Assembly: GCF_006345805.1 (NCBI RefSeq)
Contig: NC_042997.1
Location: 195,734,001-195,798,000 of the forward strand
Reading direction: 5' to 3'
Source of the DNA: Octopus sinensis
Taxonomy: Eukaryota
Length of the DNA stretch: 64,000 nucleotides
Shown here: one piece after another, positions 38,900 to 52,769 of the stretch
Layout: the number at the start of each line of letters is the position of its first letter
Position numbering within the stretch: the stretch's first letter is position 1
The notes under the pieces: model-generated
Told to the model about the DNA's origin: nothing
Database searches by the model: none
Seen by the model: the letters and a program-made list of their open reading frames with translations, nothing else
Translations under genes and position numbers: made by a program

Positions 38900-39062
38900 T
38901 CTTTCTGTTTGCTCACCACAATATCTTCACAACCAGTGTTGGTCTGTTTATGTTCCCGTAACTTAGCGCTTCGGCAAATACATTCTGGGTTGAATTGTTT
39001 GCCCAAGCCTGTCAAGACGCTGCTCCAGCATGACCGTAATCGAATGAATGAAACAAGTGGGA
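38900..39062 (+). mobile_element. SINE-B 3' half, diverged
   Basis: caaccagtgttggtctgtttatgttcccgtaacttagcgcttcggcaaa...ctccagcatgaccg..tgaaacaagt. Confidence 0.7.
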
Positions 39063-39076
39063 GAATATTATATTAT

Positions 39077-39149
<73 letters not shown>

Positions 39150-39207
39150 TATAGTTATATATATATATACATATATATATACACACACGAAGATATATAT
39201 ATATGGG

Positions 39208-39238
<31 letters not shown>

Positions 39239-40230
39239 ATAGATGCATATACATACATATGAATATATATGTACGAATATATATATATGTATTTATATAA
39301 ATATAAACATAAATATATAATATATATATATATTGATAGATAAATGGATACATAGATGCATGTACACATATATGTATATAAATACATATATACATATATG
39401 TATAAATGTTTATATTTATGTATATATGTGTATATCTATGTATGTATCCTATTAGGCATTATAATAAATGACAAAGCAGTATTTAAAGCGGAATTTCAAG
39501 TTAGATTTGCTGCGATATTATATAAATCAACCTCATCATAATGATCAATCGCAGCAATATGACAACTAAATCTATGTAATCGAAGATCATAAATACTAGA
39601 TATAGCAGCAAATTTCTCATAAAAACAATTTTCCGTATTTCTAATTATTTCTGAACGAATGGCCCAGCGCTTCGTTGAATTTTGCAGCTGACCATAACGT
39701 TATGTTCAAATATACTCCTAATTGTACAAATTCTGGTAATATAGCCATGTATAATAACAGGGCTGTCGTACAGACTGTTTCAAAGAGTTCATCCGGTGTT
39801 AGCAATTACAACGAGATACACAGAAAGATTTATGCTTTCATTGAAAAAATCGCTGTAGGTTGTTGCATTAACAGAAGGCACTTTCACTCTGTTTATGATA
39901 TATTAGATGTATTATTCTGAGCGGAACATTATCTAAATTAATACATTGTGGTGTATTGCGGGAGCCATGCGATAGATACATTTTGAAGTTAGGAGAGAAA
40001 GCAAACCAAAAATGTATCCGACGCCGTCTACTGTATTATGGTTCTGCTTTAAGCAAGCTATTGTTATATTGGCAAATTGGTTATTTCGCCTCACCAAACT
40101 GGTAATTATACCGCCTGGTATCCAAGACATGTTTAATGTGACTGTTAATCTGGATATAGAATATTTTTATAGAATTTTTGAACAATCTGATACACAAGAT
40201 ACATATATACACACACACACACACACGAAC

Positions 40231-40298
<68 letters not shown>

Positions 40299-40815
40299 TT
40301 ATACACATACATAAATGCATGTATAGAGAGTTAGGTAGAGAGAGAGAGAGAGAGAGGGGGATAGAGAAAGTGAGAGATAGACAAATATAACGCGCATACA
40401 TATTTACATATCTCCATATATACCTGATATATATTTGTCTATCTATCCATCCATTCATCCATCCATCCGTTCGTCTGTTCGTCCATCCGTCTGTCTGTCT
40501 TAATCTCTCTCCTCTCTCTCTCTCTGTCTATCTCTCTGTCTTTCTCTCTATCTGTCTGTCTATCTATCTATCATATATGTATCAGATGATTTGAATGTAG
40601 ATGATCTCCAGTACGTTGATAGGTGCACGAGGTGTTTCTGATCGATTATTTTATTTGTAATGGATATTAATTCTGTTGGCAATATCTTATTAACCAGAAT
40701 GCTCTATATGTTTTATATCTATCTATCTATCTATCTATCTCTATCTATCTATCTATCTATCTATCTATGTCTATCTATCTATCTATCTACCTACATATAT
40801 ATCTATATCTATATG

Positions 40816-40846
<31 letters not shown>

Positions 40847-40870
40847 ATATCTATCTATCTATCTGTCTAT

Positions 40871-40902
<32 letters not shown>

Positions 40903-41639
40903 GCCTGATACACAGTTAACATTGCTGCATGTACACGGCGAAAAACTATATAACTAAAATATTGAACACGTTTTCAATCAACTTCGAATATATTTTTTAT
41001 ATACATATATTACATTAAATTATACTACGGCTGATGCACAGATTGCTAACATGTTTGTCAAAGTGAATATGTTATTTTGACAGCCGTGTGATTGTGACCA
41101 TTCTGCTGTATGATGTTTTGACTATTATAAGAAATGTTATTATGGTAAATACAGGACGATTTGTTGTTAATGCCTGCAACATTAAACGCTAGACCTATCT
41201 CGTTAGAAAGAACGTTATATATTTTACATTGGATTTCGAATAGGTTTCCCTTGAAAAGTGTTATTCTTTGGAGTTTGATATATTTATGGAGAGTAAAATT
41301 TCTCCGTCAAATTGCAAACTGTCTCTCTCTGTCTTTCTCTCCTACCTCTTCCCTCTCTCTCTTCCTCTTCCTCTTTCTCTGTCTCTCTTCCCCTTCCTCT
41401 TTCTCTGTCTCTTTCTCACTGCTGCCCGACGACTCAACTACTCTGTTTACGGAACTCGTTTCTATCGCTTAAGTTTCTATCACGCGTTCTTCTGAACTCT
41501 TAAGAGCTCACATGTTGCTACAACAGACTGCATACACTTATATACACACATGCTCCCTCTGTCTCACACACACGCAAACACACACAGCATTTAAAGTACA
41601 CTGTATTAAAATAAGAGTTCCATGTCATTGAGACTCTCT

Positions 41640-42052
41640 ACTCTCTTTTACTTGTTTTCAGTCATTTGACTGTGGCCATGCTGGAGCACCGCCTTTAATC
41701 GAGCAACTCGACCCCGAGACTTATTCTTTGTAAGCCCAGTACTTATTCTATCGGTCTCATTTGCCGAACCGCTAAGTAACGGGGACATAAACACACCAGC
41801 ATCGGTTGTCAAGCAATGCTAGGGGGACAAACACAGACACACAAACATACACACACACACACATATATATATATAAATATATACATAATTCGACGAGTTT
41901 CTTTCAGTTTCCGTCTACCAAATCCACTCACAAGGATTTGGTCGGCCCGAGGCTATAGTAGAAGACACTTGCCCAAGGTGCCACGCAGTGAGACTGAACC
42001 CGGAACCCGGAACCATGTGGTTGGTAAACAAGCTACTTACCACACAGCCACC
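41640..42052 (-). mobile_element. SINE-B full copy
   Basis: Complete family sequence with internal (TG)/(TA) run. Confidence 0.9.
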
Positions 42053-42599
42053 TTTGTAACGTGCCTTGTGTGTTCAAGTAATATTCACACTCTGGGCACT
42101 TTTTTTTATTTAAAAATCAGGACGCTGGTACATGAGAAACTATGAGATAAAACGAGACGAATGTTGATACAAAAAATTGAATGAGAATAAAAAGAGAAGA
42201 CAAAAAAAACTGTCAAAGGAAGGAAAGAAAATTAGAGTTACGTACCCTTGGAGCACATAGATTGCTTGGAGACATAAGGTATGTTATAAAGATCTGCTTA
42301 ACTAAGTGTTTCCATAGCATGAAACTATTAGTAGCTCTTATTTTGATTCAGTGTACATTAAATATTTATCTCTCAGTGGGTGGAGTATTCTTTTTCGTTC
42401 GTCTTACTTTAACGGAACAGTAACTACACACACACACACATACGAACACACGCATGAACACACACACGCACACACATACAGACACATACACGCATGCACA
42501 CGCACACTCATACAAACACACACGCGCAGGCGCATACACACACATACACAGCAATGCACACACACATACACACACACACATACACACACACACACCAAC

Positions 42600-42647
<48 letters not shown>

Positions 42648-42676
42648 CAACGCACACTCACAGAAATGCACGCTTG

Positions 42677-43090
42677 AAGGCGCGAGCTGGCAGAAACGTT
42701 AGCACGCCGGGCGAAATGGGTAGCCGTATTTTGTCTGCCGTTACGTTCTGAGTTCAAATTCCGCCGAGGTCGACTTTGCCTTTCATCCTTTCGGGGTCGA
42801 TAGAATAAGTACCAGTTACGCACTGGGGTCGATGTAATCGACTTAATCCCTTTGTCTGTCCTTGTTTGTCCCCTCTATGTTTAGCCCCTTGTGGGTAGTA
42901 AAGAAATAGGTATTTCATTTTCCTTTACGTTCTGCGTTCAAATTCCGCCGAAGTCGAATTTGCCTTTCATCCTTTCGGAGTCCATAAATTAAGTACCAGT
43001 TACACACTGGAGTCGATGTAATCGACTTAATCCCTTTGTCCTTGTTTCTCCTCTCTATGTTTAGCCCCTTGTGGGCAATAAAGAAGTAAG
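42677..43090 (+). mobile_element. SINE-A tandem dimer
   Basis: Full copy plus truncated unit joined at aagaaata|ggtatttc. Confidence 0.9.
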
Positions 43091-43430
43091 AAATGCACGC
43101 TTATTAGATCTCGCTTTCTTAACTGTCTCTCGCATCAACTTCTGTATCTATCAATGGCCGATATGCATCTAAAAATAAGTCTGGGATTTCTGTTAGGACT
43201 GGAAACTACTTCAGCTTTGACAACATTTTGACGCTTTGCAATGTACAAATGTGGTGCATATAGGTGACCCGATGAGATCTTAGGAATGGTACCGCTGCCA
43301 TACACACACGCATGCATGCATGCACGCACACGTACACACACTTAGACTGCATACGAAAGGAGGCTATTTGAATGATTGCCTAAAGCCTCTAATCAAATCT
43401 GCCCTTCATCATCTCTTTATTTCCCTTCTC

Positions 43431-43820
43431 GTGGAGGCGCAATGGCCTAGTGGTTAGGGCAGCGGACTCGCGGTCATAGGATCGCGGTTTCGATTCCCAG
43501 ACCGGGCGTTGTCAGTGTTTATTGAGCGAAAACACCTAAAGCTCCACGAGGCTCCGGCAGGGGATGGTGGTGATCCCTGCTGTACTATTTCACCACAACT
43601 TTCTTTCACTCTTACTTCCTGTTTCTGTTGTACCTGTATTTCAAAGCGCCAGCCTTTTCACTCTCTGTGTCACGCTGAATATCCCCGAGAACTACGTTAA
43701 GGGTACACGTGTCTGTGGAGTGCTCAGCCACTTACACGTTAATTTCACGAGTTGGCTGTTCCGTTGATTCGGATCAACCGGAACCCTCGTCGTCGTAACC
43801 GACGGAGTGCTTCCATCCAT
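43431..43820 (+). mobile_element. SINE-C (tRNA-derived, ~390 bp)
   Basis: Head ggcgcaatggcctagtggttagg...ggtttcgattccc; 3' part shared with the minus copy at 56040-56375 (gtcgtcgtaac.gacggagtgc). Confidence 0.8.
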
Positions 43821-43917
43821 TTCCCTTCTCGTTCTACAACGACCTCTACTCTCCTAAACAGTCCTAGCTGTATTCAGCATCTCTCCATCCTTTATCGATA
43901 TCTTCCTCTCTTCTCAT

Positions 43918-44146
43918 ACCTATTTCTTTGCTACCCACAAGGGGCTAAACACAGAAAGGACAAACAAGGACAGACAAAGAGATTAAGTCGATTATATCGA
44001 CCCCAGTTCGCAACTGGTACTTATTTAATCGACCCCGAAAGGATCAAAGACAAAGTCGACCTCGGCAGAATTTGAACTCAGAACGTAGCAGCAGACGAAA
44101 TACTGCTGAGCATTTCGCCCGGCGTGCTAACGTTTCTGCCAGCTCC
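43918..44146 (-). mobile_element. SINE-A
   Basis: Family sequence, slightly 5'-truncated. Confidence 0.85.
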
Positions 44147-44535
44147 AAACCTACAGCAACTTGCTCATCTCTCCGATCTCGTGCTAAACACTTTATCAAA
44201 TCCCTCCTTTTGTGATCCATTATAGTCTCTTCCTTGCTCACACCACGTGCCCCCTGACATCATCGACCTCGTACAAGAGACACCCACGCCTCTTTCAGTA
44301 AGCTAATGAAATAACAGCTACATCTAAAATTACATTTCCTTTGCTATGATGTAATAAAAAATAAAAGAGATCGAGCTACATCTCTTTTAAGTCTTCACAT
44401 TTTATTTCTTACTTCAGAGCAAAAAAGGACATATATTTTAACAAACCAAAAAGAGGTGAACACTTGCCGGAAATGTCATCCCTTCAAAGGATGTCCTCTA
44501 CAGAGTGACATCTCTTTTGATACCTCATATGACGG

Positions 44536-44537
<2 letters not shown>

Positions 44538-44592
<55 letters not shown>

Positions 44593-44600
44593 TAATAATC
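44538..44600. repeat. (TAA)n
   Basis: Direct reading. Confidence 0.95.
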
Positions 44601-45589
44601 CGCTGTTGAACATAGTTGACACTATAAAACTGATAGATTGAAAGAACATTAAAGAGAATCTGTTGTGGATTTCCTGCAAACTGATAAGACATTAAGCGAA
44701 GCAATTCGGTGAATATTTCGTTTGAAGAGATGAAATTTAAAAACATGTTAAAGAGTGTAGAGGGGAATAAAAACATAAAGGTTTAAAAACGCCGGGAACG
44801 GTGTGATGTGGAAATATTGAACAAAGGAACATTGTTTTAATAAGGAGGAGACTAGAGCCATCGTTTGAGTAAAAAGCAGCGAACTTTTTATAACAGTTGA
44901 GAGGCCACAGGATATTAAAAAACAACTGGTGTGGGTGGAAGATTGGCAATGAGTTTGTTCGATACAGCGATAAAAATAATCAATTCTCAACACGTATTGG
45001 TTTTAAGTATTTATACAATCAAATATATAAATTCACTCATGCAAGTAAATGTCTTATTGAAGCTGTGTATAGTTTGTGATTCTATCGCTGTGTACTATAT
45101 AATATGACGTTTAAAAATCAATGGAACGTTTGAATAACATGAAGTTTCAGATGTTTTAGGAGATGAATAACAAACATACAATTATGTAAGTTCTTTACAT
45201 CTCTAAAGATGTCAAACGTGTAATTCATCTGTCTGTTCTTACTGGTGCTTCGGTTGTAATTACGCTTGATAATATTACGGGAACTTGGTGGAGGGTCTTG
45301 GTTTAGTGGTGACGATGTTGCACGCATGATCATAAGATAACGTTGTGCTTTCTATCCCTGGATCGGTTGATGCATCGTGTGCTTGGGTAAAGCATTTCAT
45401 TTCATGTTGGTCCACTCAGCTGGCAAAAATGAGTAATCCAGCGACGGATCAGCGTCTTGTCCAGGTCAGGGAAGAAATTTAAACGTCTTAGAATCCTAAA
45501 AACTGCCTTATTACATGAAGATAGATACACTACTTAACTGTTATAATTATTAACTACAATAATTAGTATATTTCAATATATTTATTGAT

Positions 45590-46255
45590 CGAGCAGGCAG
45601 AATCGTTGGCACGCCGAACAAAATGCTTAGCGGCATTTCATCCGTCATAACATTCTCAGATCAAATTTCACCGAGGTCGACTTTGTCTCTTCTCCTTTCG
45701 AGGGCGATAAATTAAGTACCAGCTACGTAGTGGGGTCGACTGCCCCCCTCCCCCAAAATTTCGGGCTTTGTGCCTAAAGTAGAAAAGAATATATTTGTTG
45801 ATCGGGCAGACAGAATCGTTAGCACGACGGGCAAAATGCGTAGCGACATTTTGTCCGTCACTACATTCTGAGTTCAAATTCCGCCGAGGTCGACGTTACC
45901 TTTCATCCTTTCGGAGTCGAAAAGCAAGCACTAGTTAAGCACTGGGATCGCTGTAATCGACTTACCCTTTTCCCAAAGTTGCAGGCCTTGTGCCAAAATT
46001 TGAAACCAATATGTTGAATATATATTTCTTTACTACCCACAAGGGGCTAAACATAGAGGGGACAAACAAGGACAGACAAAGGGATTAAGTCGACTACATC
46101 GACCCCAGTGCGTAACTGGTACTTTATTTATCGACCTCGAAAGGATGAAAGGCAAAGTCAACCTCGGCGGAATTTGAACTCGGAACGTAACGATAGACGA
46201 GATACGGCTGCGCATTTCGCCCGGCGTGCTAACGTTTCTGCCATTTCGCCGCCCT
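45590..46255. mobile_element. SINE-A cluster: two + copies (45590-45790, 45805-46010) and one - copy (46020-46255)
   Basis: Family heads and bodies in the stated orientations. Confidence 0.85.
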
Positions 46256-46475
46256 AATATATTGAATATAGAGACACCATATTTGCTATAAATGAACTTC
46301 CCTATTAATCGTTCAACCACTGAAATGTTTTACTATTTTACCAGAATAAAGGCACAGCAACTTAAGATAACTGGTCTCTATTCTGAATAGTATTTCAATC
46401 ATAATTTCATTTGATTATATTTCGTTTTGGGATTTGGTTTGCAAGATTCTTTATATGAGTTCGTGTGTTGAAGCA

Positions 46476-46756
46476 TATTCTGTTGTGTCTGGGGAGAGTC
46501 ATTTTCTTTTAGTGCCTTATAACATAACACACTCACCGGTAAAATTACCACTTTTTTCATATTTTTATTTTCCCAAAATTTTCGTTGCATCTTGCAAACT
46601 TATCGATAGTCTTGACTCAAGACTATTGAAAAGGTTGCAAGGCGCAACGAAAATTTTCGGAAAATAAAAATATGTAAAAAGTGGATATTTTACCGGTGAG
46701 TGTGTTATATTATAAGGCACAAAAAGAAAATGACTCTCCCCAGACACAACAGAATA
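46476..46756. mobile_element. 281-bp fold-back palindrome (MITE-like), centre at 46616
   Basis: tattctgttgtgtctggggagagtcatttt...tagtcttga-c-tcaagacta...aaaatgactctccccagacacaacagaata. Confidence 0.85.
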
Positions 46757-48534
46757 CATTTGATTATATTACCTAAAATTTGTATCACGGATCCGTTCTC
46801 ACAGGGAAACCAGTAGTTGTTTCTGTAGTTGACAACTCTTACTATGTTGACGTCAACACTTAGTATAGTCAACTGTATTAAATAAAACGAGGTGTAGGAA
46901 ATTTTAAGATGGATGTCATAACTTTTTGGACACGTCTCCTATATGACTGAGCATTACTATTTATTAATACTATTGTATCAAATATATGTTATAGAAATCT
47001 ATATATCTTTGACGACTAGAGGAGAGGTTTTGGTGCCAGTTAGAATTTAACAGTTAAATTGTTGTCAATTTAAAGGTTAAAGTTTTGTAAGAATACAACC
47101 GCTGATAGCCAACATAGAAAGTGAGTGTCTTTGAAGATAGAATCAATATTGTTAACACTGGAGGATATAGACGTAGTTTTTGAACATTTTTATAAAATTG
47201 ATAAATGGAAGTGATAGCAAGCCATCACATCGGAATAACACCTGAGTACACTGATATTTAGTCTTGCTTATTTCCCCCCTGATATGTCGTCATATGTCTA
47301 TCCATTTATTTGCTCTTTATTGTATCTTTTGTCTAATCTATTCATCTAATCTCTGTTTATTTTATTCTTTAGCTCTTTATTCATTTGTCTTTTTTCCCCC
47401 TCTGTGAATCTCTTTATCCTCTCTGTTCCATTTTTATGATTTATTTCTCTTGTTTCATTATCTATAATTTATATTTATGTGTATTTCAATATTTTTTTGG
47501 CAGTAATTTTTAAATAATATCTTATATAAATATGATGAAATCTCTACTGGCGCAATGGCGAATCTCTGAACCAATTTCAATTCTCATTTGAAACTACTTC
47601 ATTTTAAGTCACTAATTACGTTTAAAAATTTACAAGTACTTAACCAACATTGCCCTTGTGTCAATACAGCTTGTCATCTATCGATACTTTCCTAAAGAAT
47701 AGCCAAGCAGAAATTATGAAAATTCGATGTGAGACTATTTATATCTTCTGTATGTGACATACACAAATAATTGATCAGGATTATTTCTCAAATTTCCATT
47801 TCAACTAAAAGCTTTTATAACTGAATTTTAAAAATATTGGTGTACTGGACCGTACGCATTAAATTTAATGTTTTTCACAAACACAATTCTTTAATTAGAT
47901 TTTATCTGTTTGTATATTTGAAAAATATATCTCTACTTCACGCTTTCGTTGTAATTATGAAAGAACTCGGTATTAACATGGCTGCCTAAACATTCTGTTT
48001 GAACCAATCACCGATAGTACGTTTAATGATTTCAAAATAGAAAATGTATTTTTCTGAACTAATGTAGGGTCACCGTACTTTGGTAGATTTGCAGTTAAGT
48101 TGAATGTCTTTTATCTTTTGCTTCTTTCAATCATCGATCTGCGATTGCACTTGGAGGCGCCTTGAAGTCGAACTAATTAATCTCAGTAGTTACGGTACAT
48201 AACTAACTACCGTGACTGGAGCCTGGTACATGTTCTATTGGTTTCCTTGCCGATTAGATAATTTACAAGGATGTAAACAAAGCAATGCTGGTCCTCAAGC
48301 AGCGGGGGTGGGAGACAAATACATTGCACAAACATGCACAAACACACACACACACATACATACATACACATATATACATATACAAAAAGCTTCCGCACAA
48401 TTTCTGTCAATGAAATTCATTCATAAAGCAACGGTCGGGCAGAGCTATAGTAAAAGACACTTGCCCAAGATGGTGCAGAGTGGAACTGAACCCAAAAAGC
48501 CACATAGGCATACCTGCACCTATATATATATATC

Positions 48535-48747
48535 TTTTACTCTTTTACTTGTTTCAGTCATTTGACTGCGGCCATGCTGGAGCACCGCCTTTAGTCGAGC
48601 AAATCGACCCCGGGACTTATTCTTTGTAAGCCCAGTACTTATACTATCGGTCTCTTTTTGCCGAACCGCTAAGTGACGGGGACGTAAACACCCCAGCATC
48701 GGTTGTCAAGCAATGCTAGGGGGACAAGCACAGACACACAAACACAC

Positions 48748-48828
<81 letters not shown>

Positions 48829-48968
48829 GACAGGCTTCTTTCAGTTTCCGTCTACCAAATCCACTCACAAGGCATTGGTCGGCCCGGGGCTATAGCAGAA
48901 GACACTTGCCCAAGATGCCACGCAGTGAGACTGAACCCGGAACCATGAGGTTAGTTAGCAAGCTACTT
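48535..48968 (-). mobile_element. SINE-B, head truncated at the adjoining ORF1-like element
   Basis: Family sequence ending gcaagctacttta instead of ...cttaccacacagcc. Confidence 0.85.
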
Positions 48969-51050
48969 TATTTCATAAGATTTGCCACTAGGGCAGTACA
49001 AAGTGTAGCTGCGGGCTGGACAAAAAACATTAATGAATGATGGTGATGGATGAAGATGGTGATGGGAGAAGACGAAAGCGCCCACCATCTTTCGCTTCTC
49101 TAAGACATTGTTCTTTTTTCAAAATTTGACAAAAAATTCAATAAATTATTACACAAAATGTTCAATAGGCCTATGTAACCCGGCCGACCATCGCTCTTGC
49201 CTCACCGAGGCAATAATCGCTGGTCAGGTCGTGGTCCAAAGGTATAATTTGGAATGAGTCCATCGAGAAGGAACCTACGATCCTGCCTAGATTACCCCTC
49301 CCCATGACCTCCGCAGCCAGCTGCGAAGGCCACTCAGGGTCCTCCGTGCAGGACCGAAGTCCCTCCCAATGGCCTCCCTTTCTCATTTTACGCATTGTAT
49401 TTTCCACTGTTCCTCCTTTGAAAAAGAGGAGCACACATTTTTCCACAAATTGTCCCTTGGGAGACGCCGTCTGCGTATCACAATCCGCCGGCGGCGTTCC
49501 GTTTCTCTTTTTTTCTTCTTTTTGCCTTGGGCCACGGGAGGTTGAGGTTCTGGAGTTGCACACACCGGGTTCTCTTCTCCCGCAGTTTCCAGGTCTTTTG
49601 GTGGGTCGCCATTGCTCCCCACTTTTCTTTTTCTTTTAGAGGAAGTCTTTGCTTCCTCACTCTGTTTCTCTCCCTCCATTGGGGGGGGGTAGGGAGAGGC
49701 TCCGATATCAACTGCTCCAGGATCCTACTTTGGTCCCTGGGGTAGTTCTTCTTAATGTGGCCGGTCTCCAGACACAGGTGACACTTGGGTGGGGGGGGGG
49801 CGTCCCTCAAGCAACACCGGATACCTGTACCCGGCCATCCTCAGAAAGTCCGGCAAGACCAGACTTTTGGCTGATTGGGTCCATAGGGTCAAAGTGGCCT
49901 TTGATCCCTCCCAATCAGCCGCAGGCTGTATTTTCACATTTAGGAGCTTGGCGCTGCTACCACCCAGACCCCGGCGGATAGAGTCCTCTATCCACTCGGG
50001 TTCAATGCCGGGTGGTAGGCCGCAGATCCACGCTCTCAACAAATTTTCTCCCTTGTAGTTAGGGAGAAACAAAATCTCCTTGCCCAGCAATGGGCTTGCT
50101 TGCAAAGTCGCAAGCTGCTTTAGGGGAGTCAAACAGCAACCAAACCGTTGCGTATTTGACTCCCCGTGCAATGTATTTAACGGCTGGCATATAGTCTGCC
50201 AGCTCGTTAATGATAGTTGCCTTCGGAAAAACAGCGATGGTGTTGAGCGACTTTGAATAAGTCCTCAACACCACGGTCTTGTCCTCTAGCTCCTTCAAGT
50301 ATTTTTTGGGAGGCGCTAGGTCCCACACAACAAGTTCCTTTGCCATTTTGTAACGGAATCCAATAAAAGTTCATCAGGTGTAAAAATAAATACGATAGAA
50401 AGAGTGAGAAGAGAAAACACAACAGAAGAGAAGAATTACAATAAAAATGACAGTTCAAAAAGAGTTCTTTTTTAAATAAAAGATAGCTGGAAGCAAGAGA
50501 GTTCAAATTTGGCAAAGGAATTAATTTTTTGGCCGAAAAGGTACTCCTGGCCAAGCGTCGAAAACAATCCTTGGTTACTCTTGGTGCTTCTTGGTATATC
50601 CAAAAAAACAGTCCTTGAATATCCTTGGTGCTTCTTGGTAAATCCAATTTGAATTAATTTTTGAGGAGGGGCTACGCCTCCTCAAAAAACAAAATTCTCA
50701 CTGCAAAGTGAGTCTTTATACCCGACAACAGGCAGGAAAAAATACCCGGAGCAAAGTGAAGTCTATTACCTGCTAAAAAATATTAATGCTAAATAACATT
50801 AAATGCTAAAAACATTAAAAGCAAGCAATAAACCTCACTAAGCTCCCAAAAATATAAAACGCCTACCTGTCGTCGATTCAAAAAGCACCTAAGCTTCACG
50901 TGGCTTCGGCAGAAGGTAACGGCTCTTTCTACTGACTCTTTCGTCACGACTTTCTCTCACTCTCTCCTCTTGCATCTTTTAGGTGGGGAACCTTTACGCC
51001 AATGGTACCGAAAAACGGGCCCTTATGAGCCAGGCATGGCTCGAGAAGGA
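48965..51050 (-). mobile_element. Gag/ORF1-like element 1 (L1/Tx1-type ORF1-like, degenerate CCHC knuckle, no ORF2); coding region ~50346-49171 with frameshifts
   Basis: KTVVLRTY..VKYIARGVKYATVWLLFDSP..LFLPNYKG..RAWICGLPPGI..YPVLLEGRPP-KCHLCLETGHIKKNYP, then a basic tail; AATAAA near the 3' end (48968); duplicated cttggtgcttcttggta in the 5' UTR. Confidence 0.65.
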
Positions 51051-51119
51051 ACAAGCAATAACAACAACAAATATATATATATATGTGTGTGTATGTGTGT
51101 GTGTGTGTGCGTGTGCGTG

Positions 51120-52180
51120 TGTGTGCGTGTGACCTAGAGCATAGGCCGCACAAACTACGGCCCGAGACGTCTCTCATTTTCAGTGTTTTCAAGAGTTTTG
51201 CACAGAAAATGTGGAACATATTGACCTCGAGTTTCAGAAAAAAAATATTCGTGAGATTCTCAATACAATATTCTCACCCTCGAGTACCCTGTCTGGAAGC
51301 ATTTCAATGTCTTCATGGACCCTCTGAATGATTGCTGAGATGCTCTGCCCGAGCGAATTCTGGGAGGCAGAGCATGTAATCTGGAGAGATTGGATCTTGT
51401 CTGCCCTGTTAAACAACAGGGCGGCCATCACCTCTCTCGCGTCTACTTCTGGTGGCACTTCTGTCACCTTTACACGAGAAGTCCCTCTTACAATGTAGGT
51501 TGGCAGAAGCACCACATCTTTTTTCAGGGGCTCACAGAGTACCCGAGGGCCTTTTCCTCAGACGTGAAACGCACCTCAACAGTGCCATATGTTTTGCCCC
51601 TCGCAATATACGTTATGTTCTTCCAAATCGGGGCAAGACAATTTTCAATTTTCTCTTTTTCGAGATGTTTAAATCGTCTGTTTTTCGGACAGAACGATTT
51701 AAATATTATTGTTTTTCGGTCCGTTTCAACCGTCTTAGAGGAGGGTGATATTTTTATATCACCATCCTCCTCTTTAATTCTCCTAAAATATTCTTGTAGC
51801 TTCTCCGCAGGAATATCTGTTTCCGGTTGCCACAGCGGCAACCACCGAAAACTTGTTTGCGGGGTTAACATTATTCTCTTCGTGAGTGCATTTTTCATGT
51901 ATAATTTTGACCGACATATTCGACCGAAATTAATTACACAAGAAAATATAACACAAATATCGGTTTTCCACAAGGAAAATCTACAACAACTTTTCGCAAA
52001 AACAGTTTATAAATTTTTCGACGATAGTTCAAATCCCGCCCCTGGAGGGGACGGTACACAAATATGAAGTCTAAAACGACTTTAGCAAGTCCAATTTTTT
52101 CGTAGTATTTTGTTTTAAAATAGCCACAATGGCTACAAAAAGAAATAACAATTTCTGTCACCCGATATACCGGGCAAGAG
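51120..52180 (-). mobile_element. Gag/ORF1-like element 2, homologous to element 1, truncated
   Basis: KTIIFKSF..ITYIARGKTYGTVEVRFTSE..VLLPTYIVRGTSRVKVTEVPPEV; possible knuckle remnant GRSLCGLCSRSH at ~51150. Confidence 0.6.
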
Positions 52181-52221
52181 CACAAAGTTCAACAATGATA
52201 GGCGCAAAGTTCAACAATGAT

Positions 52222-52386
52222 AGGCAGTGTGGTAAGTAGCTTGTTTACCAACCTCATGGTTCCGGGTTCAGTCCCACTGCGTGGCACCTTGGGCAAGTGT
52301 CTTCTACTATAGCCTCGGGCCGACCAAAGTGTATTTGGTGAGTGTATTTGGTAGACGGAAACTGAAAGAAGCCCGTCGTATATATG

Positions 52387-52417
<31 letters not shown>

Positions 52418-52628
52418 TTGTGTGTCTGTGTTTATCCCCCTAGCATTGCTTGACAACCGATGCTGGTGTGTTTACGTCCCCGTCACTTAGCGGTTCGGCA
52501 AAAGAGACCGATAGAATAAGTACTGGGCTTACAAAGAATAAGTCCCAGGGTCGATTTGATCGACTAAAGGTGGTGCTCCAGCATGGCTACAGTCAAATGA
52601 CTGAAACAAGTAAAAGAGTAAAAGAGTA
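52222..52628 (+). mobile_element. SINE-B full copy
   Basis: Complete family sequence with (GTAAAAGA)n tail. Confidence 0.9.
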
Positions 52629-52769
52629 ATGATAACAATCCAACAATACAATAGTATTGTCCAACAGTAATACATCCGATATTAAACGATAAAATTCCTT
52701 TGGGAGCGAAAGCAACACTGATCTCAGTCAACGAGCGGAAGCAATCTTCTTACCATACAGCCACTCCGA

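Noticed and set aside
39460-40200. Coding-looking unique stretches (also 5350-5950, 54060-54460, 62520-63100)
   Set aside because: Multiple stops in all frames and no motif I could recognise; possibly old transposon fossils, which needs tBLASTx or Dfam
43431-43505. tRNA genes (also ~30302-30375, ~37920-37990 and the SINE-A/B heads)
   Set aside because: A and B boxes are present but there is no complete cloverleaf, and most continue into SINE bodies
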